A stretch of 33,464 bases of DNA from Peptococcaceae bacterium (GTDB lineage: Bacteria; Bacillota; DSM-12270; Thermacetogeniales; Thermacetogeniaceae), in NCBI GenBank assembly GCA_003132605.1, contig PKYJ01000028.1:1-33464 (forward strand), given 5' to 3'. The notes under the pieces are model-generated. The model did no database searches. It worked only from the letters and a program-made list of their open reading frames with translations, and was not told where the DNA came from. The translations under genes and the position numbers were made by a program. Of the stretch, positions 1 through 9,424 are shown one piece after another (the first letter of the stretch is position 1; the number at the start of each line of letters is the position of its first letter).

Positions 1-374
1 ATCTGCTGGGCGCCCGCCAACAGGACCGCCCTGACCTGCGTCAGATCGTCATCTTTGACCGTTTGGAACAGTTCGGCCATCCGGTCGAGCGCCCAGGCCA
101 GGTTCACCGCCGTCGGCCGGGTCAAAAGCAACTCCCGGGCAGCCTGGTCCAGGTAGTGCTCCAGGTCCTGCTCACCAGGTTCATAATTGAAGGCCGCCAG
201 GAGATACCCAAAAGCGGCCGCAACCCCGATCGCCGGCGCTCCCCTTACTTGCAACCTGGCGATCGCCTCGGCCACCTCCCGGTAATGCCGGCAGGAACGA
301 TGCACTACCTCATCGGGCAGCCTGGTCTGATCGAGCAAAAGCAGGCTATTGTCTTCCCAGCGCAGCACATCCAT
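1..374 (-). CDS. mtnA: methylthioribose-1-phosphate isomerase, N-terminal part (continues beyond window start)
   Basis: Not in the ORF track because no stop lies in the window. Minus-strand ATG at 374 is preceded by GGAGGGG. Translation MDVLRWEDNSLLLLDQTRLPDEVVH...LQVRGAPAIGVAAAFGYLLA looks like the MtnA/eIF-2B-related N-terminus. It lies directly downstream of mtnP. Confidence 0.8.
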   Translation of the reverse strand, partial: MDVLRWEDNSLLLLDQTRLPDEVVHRSCRHYREVAEAIARLQVRGAPAIGVAAAFGYLLAAFNYEPGEQDLEHYLDQAARELLLTRPTAVNLAWALDRMAELFQTVKDDDLTQVRAVLLAGAQQ

Positions 375-406
375 CGAAGATCCGCCCCTCCAACATCCAA
401 CCGCCA

Positions 407-1195
407 TTATCCTAATGAGCCGAGCTCCCTGGCTGCCTGAGAGCAGTTGCAGGGCCGGGACTCGCTGACGTTTTCCAGCACCGAAAAGATAATCCGGCGC
501 AGCTCCCCCTGGGCCTCGTTCATGGCGGCGACGACCTCCTGGTGGGACAGGGGCCGGCTGGAGATGCCTGCCGCATAGTTCGTGACCAGGGCGATGGTGG
601 CATAGCAGAGCGCCGCTTCCCTGGCCAGCACCACCTCGGGAACGCTGGTCATGCCCACCACATCGCCACCCAGGCTGCGGAACATCCTGATCTCCGCCGG
701 AGTCTCGTAGCGAGGCCCTTCCGTGCATACGTAAGTGCCCCCGTTATGCAGGACTACCTGGATCCTGCCGGCCGACCGGCAGATCTCCTCCCGCAGGCTG
801 GGGCAATACGGATTGGTGACATCCACGTGCAGCACCCCGGTTCCATTGCCCTCAAAAAAGGTCTGTGCTCTGCTCTTGGTAAAATCCAGGAACTGATCGA
901 CCAGAACGATCTCGCCCGGCTTCAGGTCCTTCTGCAGTGATCCCACTGCGGCAGTGGCAATCACCTTTTCCACCCCGATCTCCCGCAGCGCCCAGATGTT
1001 GGCCCGGTAGTTCACCAGGTGGGGGGGTACGGTGTGCCTGGCGCCGTGCCTGGCCAGGAACACCACTTCCAGCCCCTGATAGACACCAGTTTTGATATTT
1101 ACCGGGCCATAAGGAGTCGAGGCTGTGACGTCCTTTTCTTCGCTTAATATCCCTGCTTCGTAGAAACCGGTGCCCCCAATGATACCGACTTTCAT
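407..1195 (-). CDS. mtnP: S-methyl-5'-thioadenosine phosphorylase (MTAP/PNP family)
   Basis: 262-aa ORF starting MKVGIIGGTGFYE, with ...FLARHG..H..PPH.VNYRANIWAL... and ...CTEGPRYETPAEIRMFR..GGDVVGMT, typical of the MTAP family. Its ATGA start overlaps the ftsY stop, and mtnA follows. Confidence 0.85.
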   Translation of the reverse strand: MKVGIIGGTGFYEAGILSEEKDVTASTPYGPVNIKTGVYQGLEVVFLARHGARHTVPPHLVNYRANIWALREIGVEKVIATAAVGSLQKDLKPGEIVLVDQFLDFTKSRAQTFFEGNGTGVLHVDVTNPYCPSLREEICRSAGRIQVVLHNGGTYVCTEGPRYETPAEIRMFRSLGGDVVGMTSVPEVVLAREAALCYATIALVTNYAAGISSRPLSHQEVVAAMNEAQGELRRIIFSVLENVSESRPCNCSQAARELGSLG

Positions 1196-2118
1196 CCTGC
1201 TGTCTCCTCCTCGCCGAAAAGCGCCGCCAGAAACTCTTCCCCGGAGAAATCCTTCAGGTCTTCGTTGCCCTCTCCCACTCCCACCAATTTTACCGGAATG
1301 CCGAGTTCTTCCTTGATGGCCAGGACGATCCCGCCCTTGGCCGTGCCGTCCAGCTTCGCCAGTACGATGCCGGTCACCTCGGTGGCTTCCCTGAACAATT
1401 CCGCCTGCCGGACGGCATTCTGACCGGTGGTGGCGTCCAGCACCAGCAAGACCTCGTGGGGTGCCCCAGGCATTTCCCGTGAGATGATCCTCCTGATCTT
1501 GCGAAGCTCCTCCATCAGGTTCGATTTTGTATGCAAACGCCCTGCCGTGTCGATGATCAGGAGATCGACCCCTCTTTTGACAGCCGCCTGAATAGCGTCA
1601 TAAACCACTGCGGCAGGATCCGAACCGGCCTGGTGCTTCACCAGGTCAACACCGGTGCGGCTGCTCCAGACCTCCAACTGTTCGATGGCTGCGGCCCGGA
1701 AGGTATCGCCTGCGGCCAGCAGGACTCTCTTCTTCTCTTTAATAAAACGATAGGCCAGTTTCCCGATGGTGGTCGTTTTCCCCACTCCGTTGACACCGAC
1801 CACCAGGTAGACCGTCAGGCCCTGGCTGTTGAACTGCAGGGGAACCTGTGCCCCTAAAATATCTCCCATTTTGGCGCGCAGCAGGCCTTTCAACTGGTTC
1901 GCATCGTTCAGCCCCTGCTTTTTGGCCTCGCTTCGGAGTTCGGCGATCAGGCGCGACGTCGCCGCCACTCCTATGTCTGCCTGCAGCATGATCGCCTCCA
2001 GGTCCTCGAAGAGGTCTTCGTCGATCTTGCGGGTGACCGCCACCAACTGGTTTACCTTGTCGACGAAATTGTTGCGTGTTTTGGTCAGGCTTTCCTTGAG
2101 TTTCGAAAAAAACGCCAC
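1192..2118 (-). CDS. ftsY: signal recognition particle receptor FtsY
   Basis: 308-aa ORF with SRP-GTPase motifs GVNGVGKTTTIGKLA, DTAGRL and AKLDGTAKGG. smc-ftsY synteny supports the call. Confidence 0.95.
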   Translation of the reverse strand: MAFFSKLKESLTKTRNNFVDKVNQLVAVTRKIDEDLFEDLEAIMLQADIGVAATSRLIAELRSEAKKQGLNDANQLKGLLRAKMGDILGAQVPLQFNSQGLTVYLVVGVNGVGKTTTIGKLAYRFIKEKKRVLLAAGDTFRAAAIEQLEVWSSRTGVDLVKHQAGSDPAAVVYDAIQAAVKRGVDLLIIDTAGRLHTKSNLMEELRKIRRIISREMPGAPHEVLLVLDATTGQNAVRQAELFREATEVTGIVLAKLDGTAKGGIVLAIKEELGIPVKLVGVGEGNEDLKDFSGEEFLAALFGEEETAG

Positions 2119-2229
2119 TATTGCTTCATCCTCTTTTTCACACTTGAAACCATTTTATCACAATTAAAAAAGCCTACCCAACCACCGCTGCACTCAACAC
2201 TATCCGGCCCGGGACCCACTTCCTGCTTT

Positions 2230-5200
2230 TTAACTCCCACTTCTAACGCGGGCACCCGGCCTCTCACCTCTCATTTCCACCGCCACCAGCTTGGAGATCC
2301 CTGGCTCTTCCATGGTGATGCCGTACAGAGTGTCTGCCGCCTGCATCGTCCGTGGACGGTGGGAGATGAGAATGATCTGGGCCTTTTCGGCCATCTTGCA
2401 CAAGAAATCCGCAAAGCGGACCAGGTTGGACTCGTCAAGGAACGCCTCGATCTCGTCGAGGAAATAGAATGGACTCGGGCGTGTCTGAAGCAGGGCGAAA
2501 AGAAAGGCGATCCCCGTCAGGGCTTTCTCACCCCCGGAAAGGAGGGACAGGTGGCGCGGTTTTTTCCCGGGGGGCAATACTCTCACATCGATGCCCGTGG
2601 TAATCAGGTCCTTCTCATCGGTCAGGAACAGCTCCCCCGTACCACCGTCAAACAGTTTGGCAAATACTATCTCGAAATTATGCTTGACCTCTGCGAACAA
2701 CTGGCGGAAGCGGCTTGCCACTATCTGGTCCATCTCCCTGATCACACCCTGCAGGGCCTTCCGCCCATCCTCCATATCCTCCCTCTGCTGCATCAGAAAA
2801 CTATGCCTATCCACCAGGGCCGCATATTCCCCCGGGGCGGCAAAATTAACCTCGCCGAATGTCCCCAGCCTTTCCTTGAGAGAGACGGCCTCTTCCTTCA
2901 TGCCGATCTCTTCCTGGCGCTCCAGCGGGGCGCCACCGGACACCTGGTCCAGGTCCAACTCCAGCGCCCTGGCCCTGACCTCGTCCAATTGCTCTTCCAG
3001 GTGCTGCGCCTGCGTCTCCAGACTGTGCACCTTCTGCTCGCGCTGCCAATTGAGGTGCTTGATCCGCAAATACCTTTTTTCCTTGGCGCGATAATAGCTC
3101 TCCTTGGTGCCGACCTGCTTCCTTCTGAAGTTCAGATCCGATTCGATCGCTGTTTTTCTGGCGATCAGAGTATCCAGCTGTCTTCGGGAGCGCTCTTTCT
3201 GCTCCTCGTAGCCGTTTATCTCATCAAGCAGGGCGTCCAGGCAGACCTCGACCTGGGTACGTTCCCGCTGCTGTTCCCCGATCAGGTTGTTTTCCTGCTG
3301 CGCTTTCTGCTCGAGGTACTTGATCTCCTGGTTCAGCGAGACCAGGTGCACTCTGCTTTCGGACAACTGGCTGTTCAGCCGGCGCACCAGCGCTTCACAG
3401 TCTTTCCTCTCCTGCTCTATCTGAAGGCGCCGCTGTTCCAGCCCGCTCTCATTCTCCAGCACCATGGCCAGGTCACGCCCGGTACGTTCGATCTCCTGGT
3501 CGAGATCGCCCCGGCGGTAGTTCTCCTCGTTGCTCTCCAACTGCCATTCCTGAGCATATTCCTGGAGCCTCTGCAACTCCCGGTTGCAGGATGCTATGGC
3601 CTGCTCCAACTCGTTGCGCTCTTTCTCCAGGACACGCTCCGCTGATTCCAGTTCTCTGATCCTGGCCGTGACCGAGTTCTGTTCCCTGCTCAGTGCGTCC
3701 CGCCTTTTCTCCAGCGCATCCAGAGCCTGCTGCCCGCGGCTCTGATCTTCGGACAACTGCACGATCTCCCGCTTCCGCTTGAGCGAAAACTGCGCCTGCT
3801 GATCCTCCCGGCCGCCGGTGATCAGGCCACCCGGTTGCAGCAGGTCTCCATCCAGCGTCACTACCCGTACCCTGTAATAGTTGGCTTCCGCAAACTGCCG
3901 GGCCTCCTTCATGCTGCTGGCAAAAAAAGTGCGACCCAGCAAAAATTCGGCTACATTCCGGTACTGATCGTCGCAGCTTACAAGTTCGGAGCCACGCCCC
4001 AGGATCTCGGCGCCATGAACGTACTTGGGAGGATGTTCCCTTTCCAGCCAACGTTGCAGCGCAGACAGCGGCAAAAAGCTGGCCCTGCCGATCTCCTTCT
4101 TTTTCAAAAAAGCCAACGCCTGCTGGGCAACATCCGGAGAAGCGCAGACAAAGTAGTGGGCGGCCCGCCCCAGGGCGGTAAAGAGTGCGGTCTCATACTC
4201 CCGGGAGATCGTGAACAGTTCCTCGACCATACCGAGGATACTGCTGCAGAAGGCCTCACCCCGGTCTCTGGCCTGGAGGATCCCCCGCACCCCCTTCTGG
4301 TAGCCGTCCCGGTTTTTTTCTGACTCCTTTATCATCTGCAGGCGGGTTTTGCAACGCTCGTTCTCCTGGACCTGCTTCTGAATCGCCGGGGCGATCTGCT
4401 CCCGTTCCCTGCTGATGCCGGACGCTCTCTGCCGTGCCTGTTCAAATTCCAAAGTGTTCTCTGCCAACGCAGCAGTCTTGGTCTGCAACAACCGGCCTTT
4501 TTCCCCAACCTGTTCCCTGATCTGGCCGATCCTGGCGGTATTTTCGTCAGTCTTCTGCCCGAGGTTTTCCTGTTGCCTGCGGGCAGTCTCGTTCTTATTC
4601 TGGAACTCCTTGACCTGACTGGCCAGCAGGGTCTTCTGGTGCAGCACTTCAAAAAGTTCTCCGTTATTTCTTTCCCACTCGTCGTTGACGCGCTGTCTAG
4701 TCTTTTCCCCTTCTTCCAGGGCCTGTTCCAACTCCAGGCAGCACTGCTCGGCCAAAACCTTCTGTTCACGGCACTGCTGGTGCTGATTGGCAATCTGCTG
4801 CATCTCCGAAGCGATCTCCTGATCCTTCTGGGCGATCACCTGCAGTCGGCCCCCCAGTTCCGCCTGACGCGACTGGGAGGACGAACATTTTTCTTCGATC
4901 CGGGCTAATTCGACCTGCGCCTCCTGAAGCTGCTGCCGGACCTGCCCAGCCTCCTGCTCGCGAGTGGCAAGCCGCTCCTTTCTCTCACTGATGCCCTGAT
5001 CCAAGTCGCTCAGTTCACACTCCATCAGGCCGGCCTTGGTTAGGGCTGTTTCCTTGCCAGCCTGTAAATCCTCAATGCTTGAGGCAATCGCCTTCTTTTT
5101 AGCCGCCGCTCTGGCAAACTGGTTCCCGACCAGCCTCGCTTCCAGCCCTTTCAGCCGCTCCTGACACTCGTTGTATTGGTTGGCTGCCTTGGCCTGCTCC

Positions 5201-5820
5201 GCCAGCGGCGCCAACTGCCGGTCCAGTTCATGAACAACATCCTGGAGCCTTACCAGCACACCCTCAGTCTCTTCCAGCTTGCCCGCCGCATCAGCCTTGC
5301 GCTGCCGGTACTTGCCGATCCCTGCCAATTCCTCCAGGTGAAGCCGCCGCTCTTCGGGTCTCTGGGAGATGAATTCCTCGATCCGGCCCTGGCCAACAAT
5401 CGAAAAAGCCGCTCTGCTGATACCGCAGGATAAAAAAAGCTCCTGGATATCACGCAGGCGGCAGGGCATCTTGTTGATAAAATACTCTCCCTCGCCAGAC
5501 CTGTATACCCGGCGGGAAATGGAGACCTCATCGTACTCCAGGGGCAGGGCGCCCTGGCTGTTATTGAACGTCAGGGTGACTTCCGCCATCCCATAGGACC
5601 GGCGCCGGGATGTTCCCGCAAAGATCACGTCTTCCATCCGGTAGCCCCTGAGCGCCCTGACATTCTGCTCGCCCAGGACCCACTGCACAGCCTCGGTGAG
5701 GTTGCTCTTGCCGCACCCGTTCGGACCAACAATTGCCGTGATCCCGGGTGCCAGATCGATCTCCACCCGCTCTGCAAAAGACTTGAAACCTTGGATTTCA
5801 ATGCGTTTTAAAAACATCAC
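2230..5820 (-). CDS. smc: chromosome segregation protein SMC
   Basis: 1196-aa ORF. N-terminal (M)FLKRIEIQGFKSF...GPNGCGKSN Walker A, a long coiled coil, the hinge, and C-terminal LSGGEKALTGIAFLFAL...FYFLDEIEAFLD. Confidence 0.95.
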   Translation of the reverse strand: MMFLKRIEIQGFKSFAERVEIDLAPGITAIVGPNGCGKSNLTEAVQWVLGEQNVRALRGYRMEDVIFAGTSRRRSYGMAEVTLTFNNSQGALPLEYDEVSISRRVYRSGEGEYFINKMPCRLRDIQELFLSCGISRAAFSIVGQGRIEEFISQRPEERRLHLEELAGIGKYRQRKADAAGKLEETEGVLVRLQDVVHELDRQLAPLAEQAKAANQYNECQERLKGLEARLVGNQFARAAAKKKAIASSIEDLQAGKETALTKAGLMECELSDLDQGISERKERLATREQEAGQVRQQLQEAQVELARIEEKCSSSQSRQAELGGRLQVIAQKDQEIASEMQQIANQHQQCREQKVLAEQCCLELEQALEEGEKTRQRVNDEWERNNGELFEVLHQKTLLASQVKEFQNKNETARRQQENLGQKTDENTARIGQIREQVGEKGRLLQTKTAALAENTLEFEQARQRASGISREREQIAPAIQKQVQENERCKTRLQMIKESEKNRDGYQKGVRGILQARDRGEAFCSSILGMVEELFTISREYETALFTALGRAAHYFVCASPDVAQQALAFLKKKEIGRASFLPLSALQRWLEREHPPKYVHGAEILGRGSELVSCDDQYRNVAEFLLGRTFFASSMKEARQFAEANYYRVRVVTLDGDLLQPGGLITGGREDQQAQFSLKRKREIVQLSEDQSRGQQALDALEKRRDALSREQNSVTARIRELESAERVLEKERNELEQAIASCNRELQRLQEYAQEWQLESNEENYRRGDLDQEIERTGRDLAMVLENESGLEQRRLQIEQERKDCEALVRRLNSQLSESRVHLVSLNQEIKYLEQKAQQENNLIGEQQRERTQVEVCLDALLDEINGYEEQKERSRRQLDTLIARKTAIESDLNFRRKQVGTKESYYRAKEKRYLRIKHLNWQREQKVHSLETQAQHLEEQLDEVRARALELDLDQVSGGAPLERQEEIGMKEEAVSLKERLGTFGEVNFAAPGEYAALVDRHSFLMQQREDMEDGRKALQGVIREMDQIVASRFRQLFAEVKHNFEIVFAKLFDGGTGELFLTDEKDLITTGIDVRVLPPGKKPRHLSLLSGGEKALTGIAFLFALLQTRPSPFYFLDEIEAFLDESNLVRFADFLCKMAEKAQIILISHRPRTMQAADTLYGITMEEPGISKLVAVEMRGERPGARVRSGS

Positions 5821-5828
5821 AAATTCTT

Positions 5829-6092
5829 CTATCTGTGTTCCACAATAAATTTGATGGCTGTTCGTTCTTCACCGTCTATGGAAATCTCCACAAAAGCCGG
5901 AACAGAAACCAGATCAATCCCGTTTGGCGCGATAAATCCCCTGGCTATAGCGATCGCTTTTACGGCCTGATTGACCGCTCCGGCGCCGACAGCCTGCACC
6001 TCGGCGGTACCTCTTTCCCTAATCACGGCGGTCAGGGCGCCGGCAACGGATTTCGGGTTCGATTGGGCAGATACCCTGAGCACATCCACCAT
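5829..6092 (-). CDS. spoVS: stage V sporulation protein S
   Basis: 87-aa ORF MVDVLRVSAQSNPKSVAGALTAVIRERGTAEVQAVGAGAVNQAVKAIAIARGF..., typical of the SpoVS family. It sits between rnc and smc. Confidence 0.9.
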   Translation of the reverse strand: MVDVLRVSAQSNPKSVAGALTAVIRERGTAEVQAVGAGAVNQAVKAIAIARGFIAPNGIDLVSVPAFVEISIDGEERTAIKFIVEHR

Positions 6093-6137
6093 CTTTTCCC
6101 CCTCTAGTGCGCATCTGGTAAAAATAATTCGCCTTGT

Positions 6138-6190
6138 CTATCGCTCTTATCCTGCCACTTCGAAGAAGCGGGTGATATTAGAGCAGGTAA
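6138..6190 (-). repeat. degenerate solo copy of repeat module A (see 29151-29273), reverse orientation
   Basis: CTATCGCTCTTATCCTGCCACTTCGAAGAAGCGGGTGATATTAGAGCAGGTAA aligns by eye to the reverse complement of 29161-29212 (GTAGCCGCTCTTATCCCACCGCTTCGAAGAAGCGGGGGTATTAGAGCGGGTA) with several substitutions. It is intergenic, between rnc and spoVS. Confidence 0.6.
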
Positions 6191-6286
6191 TCCTCGGGGA
6201 AATATATCAGCTCATTCAAGTATATTTCGACCGTTAGCTAAAAATTCCTGCTCAAGCTCAGGTCCAAGTGCTCAATATCTGCTTTA

Positions 6287-6970
6287 TTATACAGGCCTGT
6301 TTAGCAATTTTAAAGCGTTCTTGGCGGCCTGTTGTTCCGCCTCCTTTTTGGACTTCCCGCTGCCCCTGCCCAGCATCCGTCCGTTGCAGAGCACCCCTAC
6401 GGTAAAGTGCTTGTCATGGTCCGGCCCAGCCTCGTCGATGATACAATAGGCCAGGGTATCCCCTCCCCGCTGCTGAACCACCTCCTGGAGAGCAGTTTTA
6501 TAATCCCGGCCACTGCCCCGGGCAATGGTCAGCATCTCCTCGCCCAATAGCAGCAGCAGAAACCGCCGGGCCTGCTGCCACCCTTGATCAAGAAATACAG
6601 CACCCGTCAGGGCCTCCAGAGCATCCGCCAGGACTGAGGCCCGCGACCGGCCGCCTGACAGTTCTTCTCCATGGCCCAGCCGTAAATAACTGCCCAGGTC
6701 CAACCTCCTCGCCATTCTGGCCAGGGTCGATTCGCAGACCACCGCCGCCCTCATTCTGGTCAACTGGCCTTCGGGCTCTTCTGGAAAGCGGTGATAAAAA
6801 TAATCGGCGACTACCAGGCCCAAAACGGCATCACCCAAGTATTCCAGCCTCTGGTTGTGATTATTGGCCTGTGGATGCTCGGCCAGATAGGATGGGTGGG
6901 TAAGAGCGGTGAGCAGCAGTTCCGGATCCTTGAAGGAAACAGCGGTCGCCTGCTGCAACTTGTCGGGCAT
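6287..6970 (-). CDS. rnc: ribonuclease III
   Basis: Contains the signature NQRLEYLGDAVLG and a C-terminal dsRBD (GPDHDKHFTV...GSGKSKKEAEQQAAKNAL). The ATG at 6970 (MPDKLQQ...) has AAGGG upstream and gives a normal N-terminal length. The track's longer start at 7006 has no SD but is coupled to a mini-ORF (see findings). Confidence 0.9.
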   Translation of the reverse strand: MPDKLQQATAVSFKDPELLLTALTHPSYLAEHPQANNHNQRLEYLGDAVLGLVVADYFYHRFPEEPEGQLTRMRAAVVCESTLARMARRLDLGSYLRLGHGEELSGGRSRASVLADALEALTGAVFLDQGWQQARRFLLLLLGEEMLTIARGSGRDYKTALQEVVQQRGGDTLAYCIIDEAGPDHDKHFTVGVLCNGRMLGRGSGKSKKEAEQQAAKNALKLLNRPV

Positions 6971-7070
6971 TGCCTGCCCTTGCTTGGGTTTTCGCGAACT
7001 CGTCATTAATAACTGGCACTAACCTCGAACATCGAGCAGGCCTTTCTCCTTTTTTAAAATATGGTTTGGT

Positions 7071-8324
7071 TCAACCTTCAAATTTTTTAAAGACCAGCAC
7101 AGCATTATGTCCACCAAAACCGAAAGAGTTGGAGACCGCCACCCTCACTGGACACTGACGGGCCTGGTTGGGCACGTAGTCCAGATCGCACTCCGGGTCT
7201 GGCTGCTCATAATTAATGGTCGGATGCACCCAGTCCGTGCTGACAGATAGGGCGCAGGCAATAGCCTCAAGGGCGCCCGCGGCGCCCAGGGAATGCCCGA
7301 TCATGGACTTGGTGGAACTGACCGGTACCTTATAGGCGTGGTCCCCAAGCACCTTTTTGATGGCCAAAGTTTCGATCTTATCGTTAAGTTCAGTGGATGT
7401 GCCATGAGCATTGACGTAATCCACCCGATCAGGGGAGATCCCGGCGTCTTCCAGGGCGATCCGGATCGCCCTGGCCGCCTCGGTGCCCTCAGACTCTGGA
7501 GCAGTGATGTGATAGCCGTCGGCGGTGCACCCGTAACCGGCCACCTCGCCATAGACCCGGGCGCCTCTCGCCGAAGCGTGTCCGAGAGTCTCCAGCACCA
7601 GGACCCCTGCCCCCTCGCTGATCACAAACCCATCCCTGTTCTTGTCAAAGGGGCGGCTGGCACGCTGCGGCTCATCGTTGTTGGTGCTCATCGCTTTCAT
7701 GGAACAGAACCCCGCCATGGCAACGGGCACGATGGGGGTTTCGGTGCCTCCCGCCAGAACCACCTCTACCGCTCCCCGCTGGAGCATCAGGTAAGCCTCC
7801 CCGATAGCGTTGGTGCCTGAGGCGCAGGCCGTCACCAAAGTGATGTTGGGTCCCTTCGGCCCCAGGCAAATGGCGATCTGGCCGGCGGCCATATTGCTGA
7901 TGATCATCGGGATGAATAAAGGACTGATGCGGTTGGGCCCCTTGTTGAGCAAGACGCTGTGCTGCTCGCAGAGGGTTTCGATGCCGCCGATCCCGGAGCC
8001 GATCACCACCCCGATACTTTCCGGATCCTCTTCGCCTATCTCCAGCGCTGCATCCCCAACTGCCAGTTTGGCCGCAGCAACACCGAACTGGGCGAAACGG
8101 TCCATCCTCCTGATCTCTTTCCGTTCCAAAAACTGTTCCGGCACAAAATCCTTGACTTCTCCGGCGATCTTGCTGTCGTATGAGGAGGAGTCAAACCGCG
8201 TCAGACGGTCAATCCCCGACTGTCCCCGCAAAAGCGCTTGCCAATAAGCCTCTTTCCCTATCCCGACAGGAGACAGCACGCCCAGACCGGTAATCACTAC
8301 TCGCTGCTTGCTCTCCGGCAACAT
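7071..8324 (-). CDS. fabF: beta-ketoacyl-ACP synthase II
   Basis: 417-aa ORF with KAS I/II hallmarks: active-site ...TACASGTNAIG..., ...NAHGTSTELND..., ...SNSFGFGGHNAVLVF. Confidence 0.95.
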   Translation of the reverse strand: MLPESKQRVVITGLGVLSPVGIGKEAYWQALLRGQSGIDRLTRFDSSSYDSKIAGEVKDFVPEQFLERKEIRRMDRFAQFGVAAAKLAVGDAALEIGEEDPESIGVVIGSGIGGIETLCEQHSVLLNKGPNRISPLFIPMIISNMAAGQIAICLGPKGPNITLVTACASGTNAIGEAYLMLQRGAVEVVLAGGTETPIVPVAMAGFCSMKAMSTNNDEPQRASRPFDKNRDGFVISEGAGVLVLETLGHASARGARVYGEVAGYGCTADGYHITAPESEGTEAARAIRIALEDAGISPDRVDYVNAHGTSTELNDKIETLAIKKVLGDHAYKVPVSSTKSMIGHSLGAAGALEAIACALSVSTDWVHPTINYEQPDPECDLDYVPNQARQCPVRVAVSNSFGFGGHNAVLVFKKFEG

Positions 8325-8376
8325 TATGTAATCCTTTCCACCATTTTGGCTGTGTGCCGTTGGATGTGTGTCATCC

Positions 8377-8622
8377 CTAACCGTTAGCCTTGATATAGTC
8401 AGCAGCAGCCCCTACGGTCAGGAGTTTTTCAGCATCCTCGTCAGGTATCTCTATGCTGAACGTCTCTTCCAGCGCCATAATCAGTTCCACTATGTCTAGG
8501 GAATCAGCATTCAGCGCCTCGAATGAGGTCCCTAGCGCCACCGCGTTCTCCTCGACGCCGAGCTGCTCAACAATGATCGACCGTACTTTCTCGAAGATTG
8601 CCTGATCACTCAAATCAGCCAT
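8377..8622 (-). CDS. acpP: acyl carrier protein
   Basis: 81-aa ORF with the phosphopantetheine-attachment motif [17 protein letters not shown]. It lies between fabG and fabF. Confidence 0.95.
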   Translation of the reverse strand: MADLSDQAIFEKVRSIIVEQLGVEENAVALGTSFEALNADSLDIVELIMALEETFSIEIPDEDAEKLLTVGAAADYIKANG

Positions 8623-8676
8623 TCACCTGTCACCTCCTATCTCAATATTTTACCCTGATATTTGGCGAGAGTATGC

Positions 8677-9423
8677 TTAAATAGCCATGCCCCCATCCAC
8701 GTGCAGAACCTGACCTGTTATATAATCTGCAGCCGGTGACACTAAAAATACCACCGCTCCGGCAACATCCTCCGGAGTGCCGATGCGCCCCAGTGGAATC
8801 CTGCCCTGCAGTTGATCCTGGGCTTGGAGCGAGATCCGGTCCGTCATCTCTGTCCTGATGTAGCCCGGGGCGACGACGTTGACATTGATGCCCCGGCTGG
8901 CCACCTCTCGCGCCACACACTTGGTGAAACCGATGACCCCGGCCTTGGAAGCGCCATAGTTTGCCTGCCCGGCATTCCCGATCACCCCGACCACCGAGGC
9001 GAGGCTCACCACGCGCCCCCAACTGCTCTTCAGCATCCATTTCAGGGCAGCCCGGGTGCAGTAAAAAACGCCGTTCAGGTTGGTGGACAATACCGCCTCC
9101 CAATCCTGGTCCTTCATTCTCAGCAGCAACTGATCCCTGGTGATGCCGGCGTTGTTGATCAGGATATCCAGCGACCGGAAGCGCTTGACGACTGCATCCA
9201 CCATCTCTTCGACTTCTGGCCTCTTGCTGACGTCTGCGGCAATAGGAAATGCCCTGCCGCCGGCCCTTACAATCTCTTCAACCACGAGGTCCGCTTGGTC
9301 GGACTGACCCGGGTAGTGGTTTACGGCAACCGCGGCGCCGTTTTTTGCCACAGCCAAAGCTATAGCGCGCCCGATTCCCTGTGAAGCGCCGGTTACAAGC
9401 GCAACCCGATTTTCTAGAAACAT
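8677..9423 (-). CDS. fabG: 3-oxoacyl-ACP reductase
   Basis: SDR protein: MFLENRVALVTGASQGIGRAIA..., NNAGITRD, YGASKAGVIGFTK. The ATG at 9423 lies 1 nt after the fabD stop. The track's longer N-terminus (to 9483) overlaps fabD. Confidence 0.9.
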   Translation of the reverse strand: MFLENRVALVTGASQGIGRAIALAVAKNGAAVAVNHYPGQSDQADLVVEEIVRAGGRAFPIAADVSKRPEVEEMVDAVVKRFRSLDILINNAGITRDQLLLRMKDQDWEAVLSTNLNGVFYCTRAALKWMLKSSWGRVVSLASVVGVIGNAGQANYGASKAGVIGFTKCVAREVASRGINVNVVAPGYIRTEMTDRISLQAQDQLQGRIPLGRIGTPEDVAGAVVFLVSPAADYITGQVLHVDGGMAI

Positions 9424-9424
9424 T

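Noticed and set aside
63-440. 125-aa plus-strand ORF at the window start.
   Set aside because: It is antisense to the clear MtnA N-terminus (1-374, minus) and looks like a shadow ORF.
2359-3645. Long plus-strand ORFs opposite known genes: 2359-3645 (428 aa), 10486-11397, 13225-14073, 25471-26235, 29777-31024 (415 aa) and many shorter ones.
   Set aside because: Each lies fully antisense to a gene with clear family motifs. Their translations are Arg/Pro/Gly/Leu-rich with no recognisable motifs and no SD. They are typical shadow ORFs of GC-rich coding sequence.
5821-5845. CACAGATAG just upstream of smc resembles the repeat terminus CACAGATGR.
   Set aside because: It is the last codons and stop of spoVS (..EHR*), and no further repeat sequence follows. 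It is a coincidental 8-mer.
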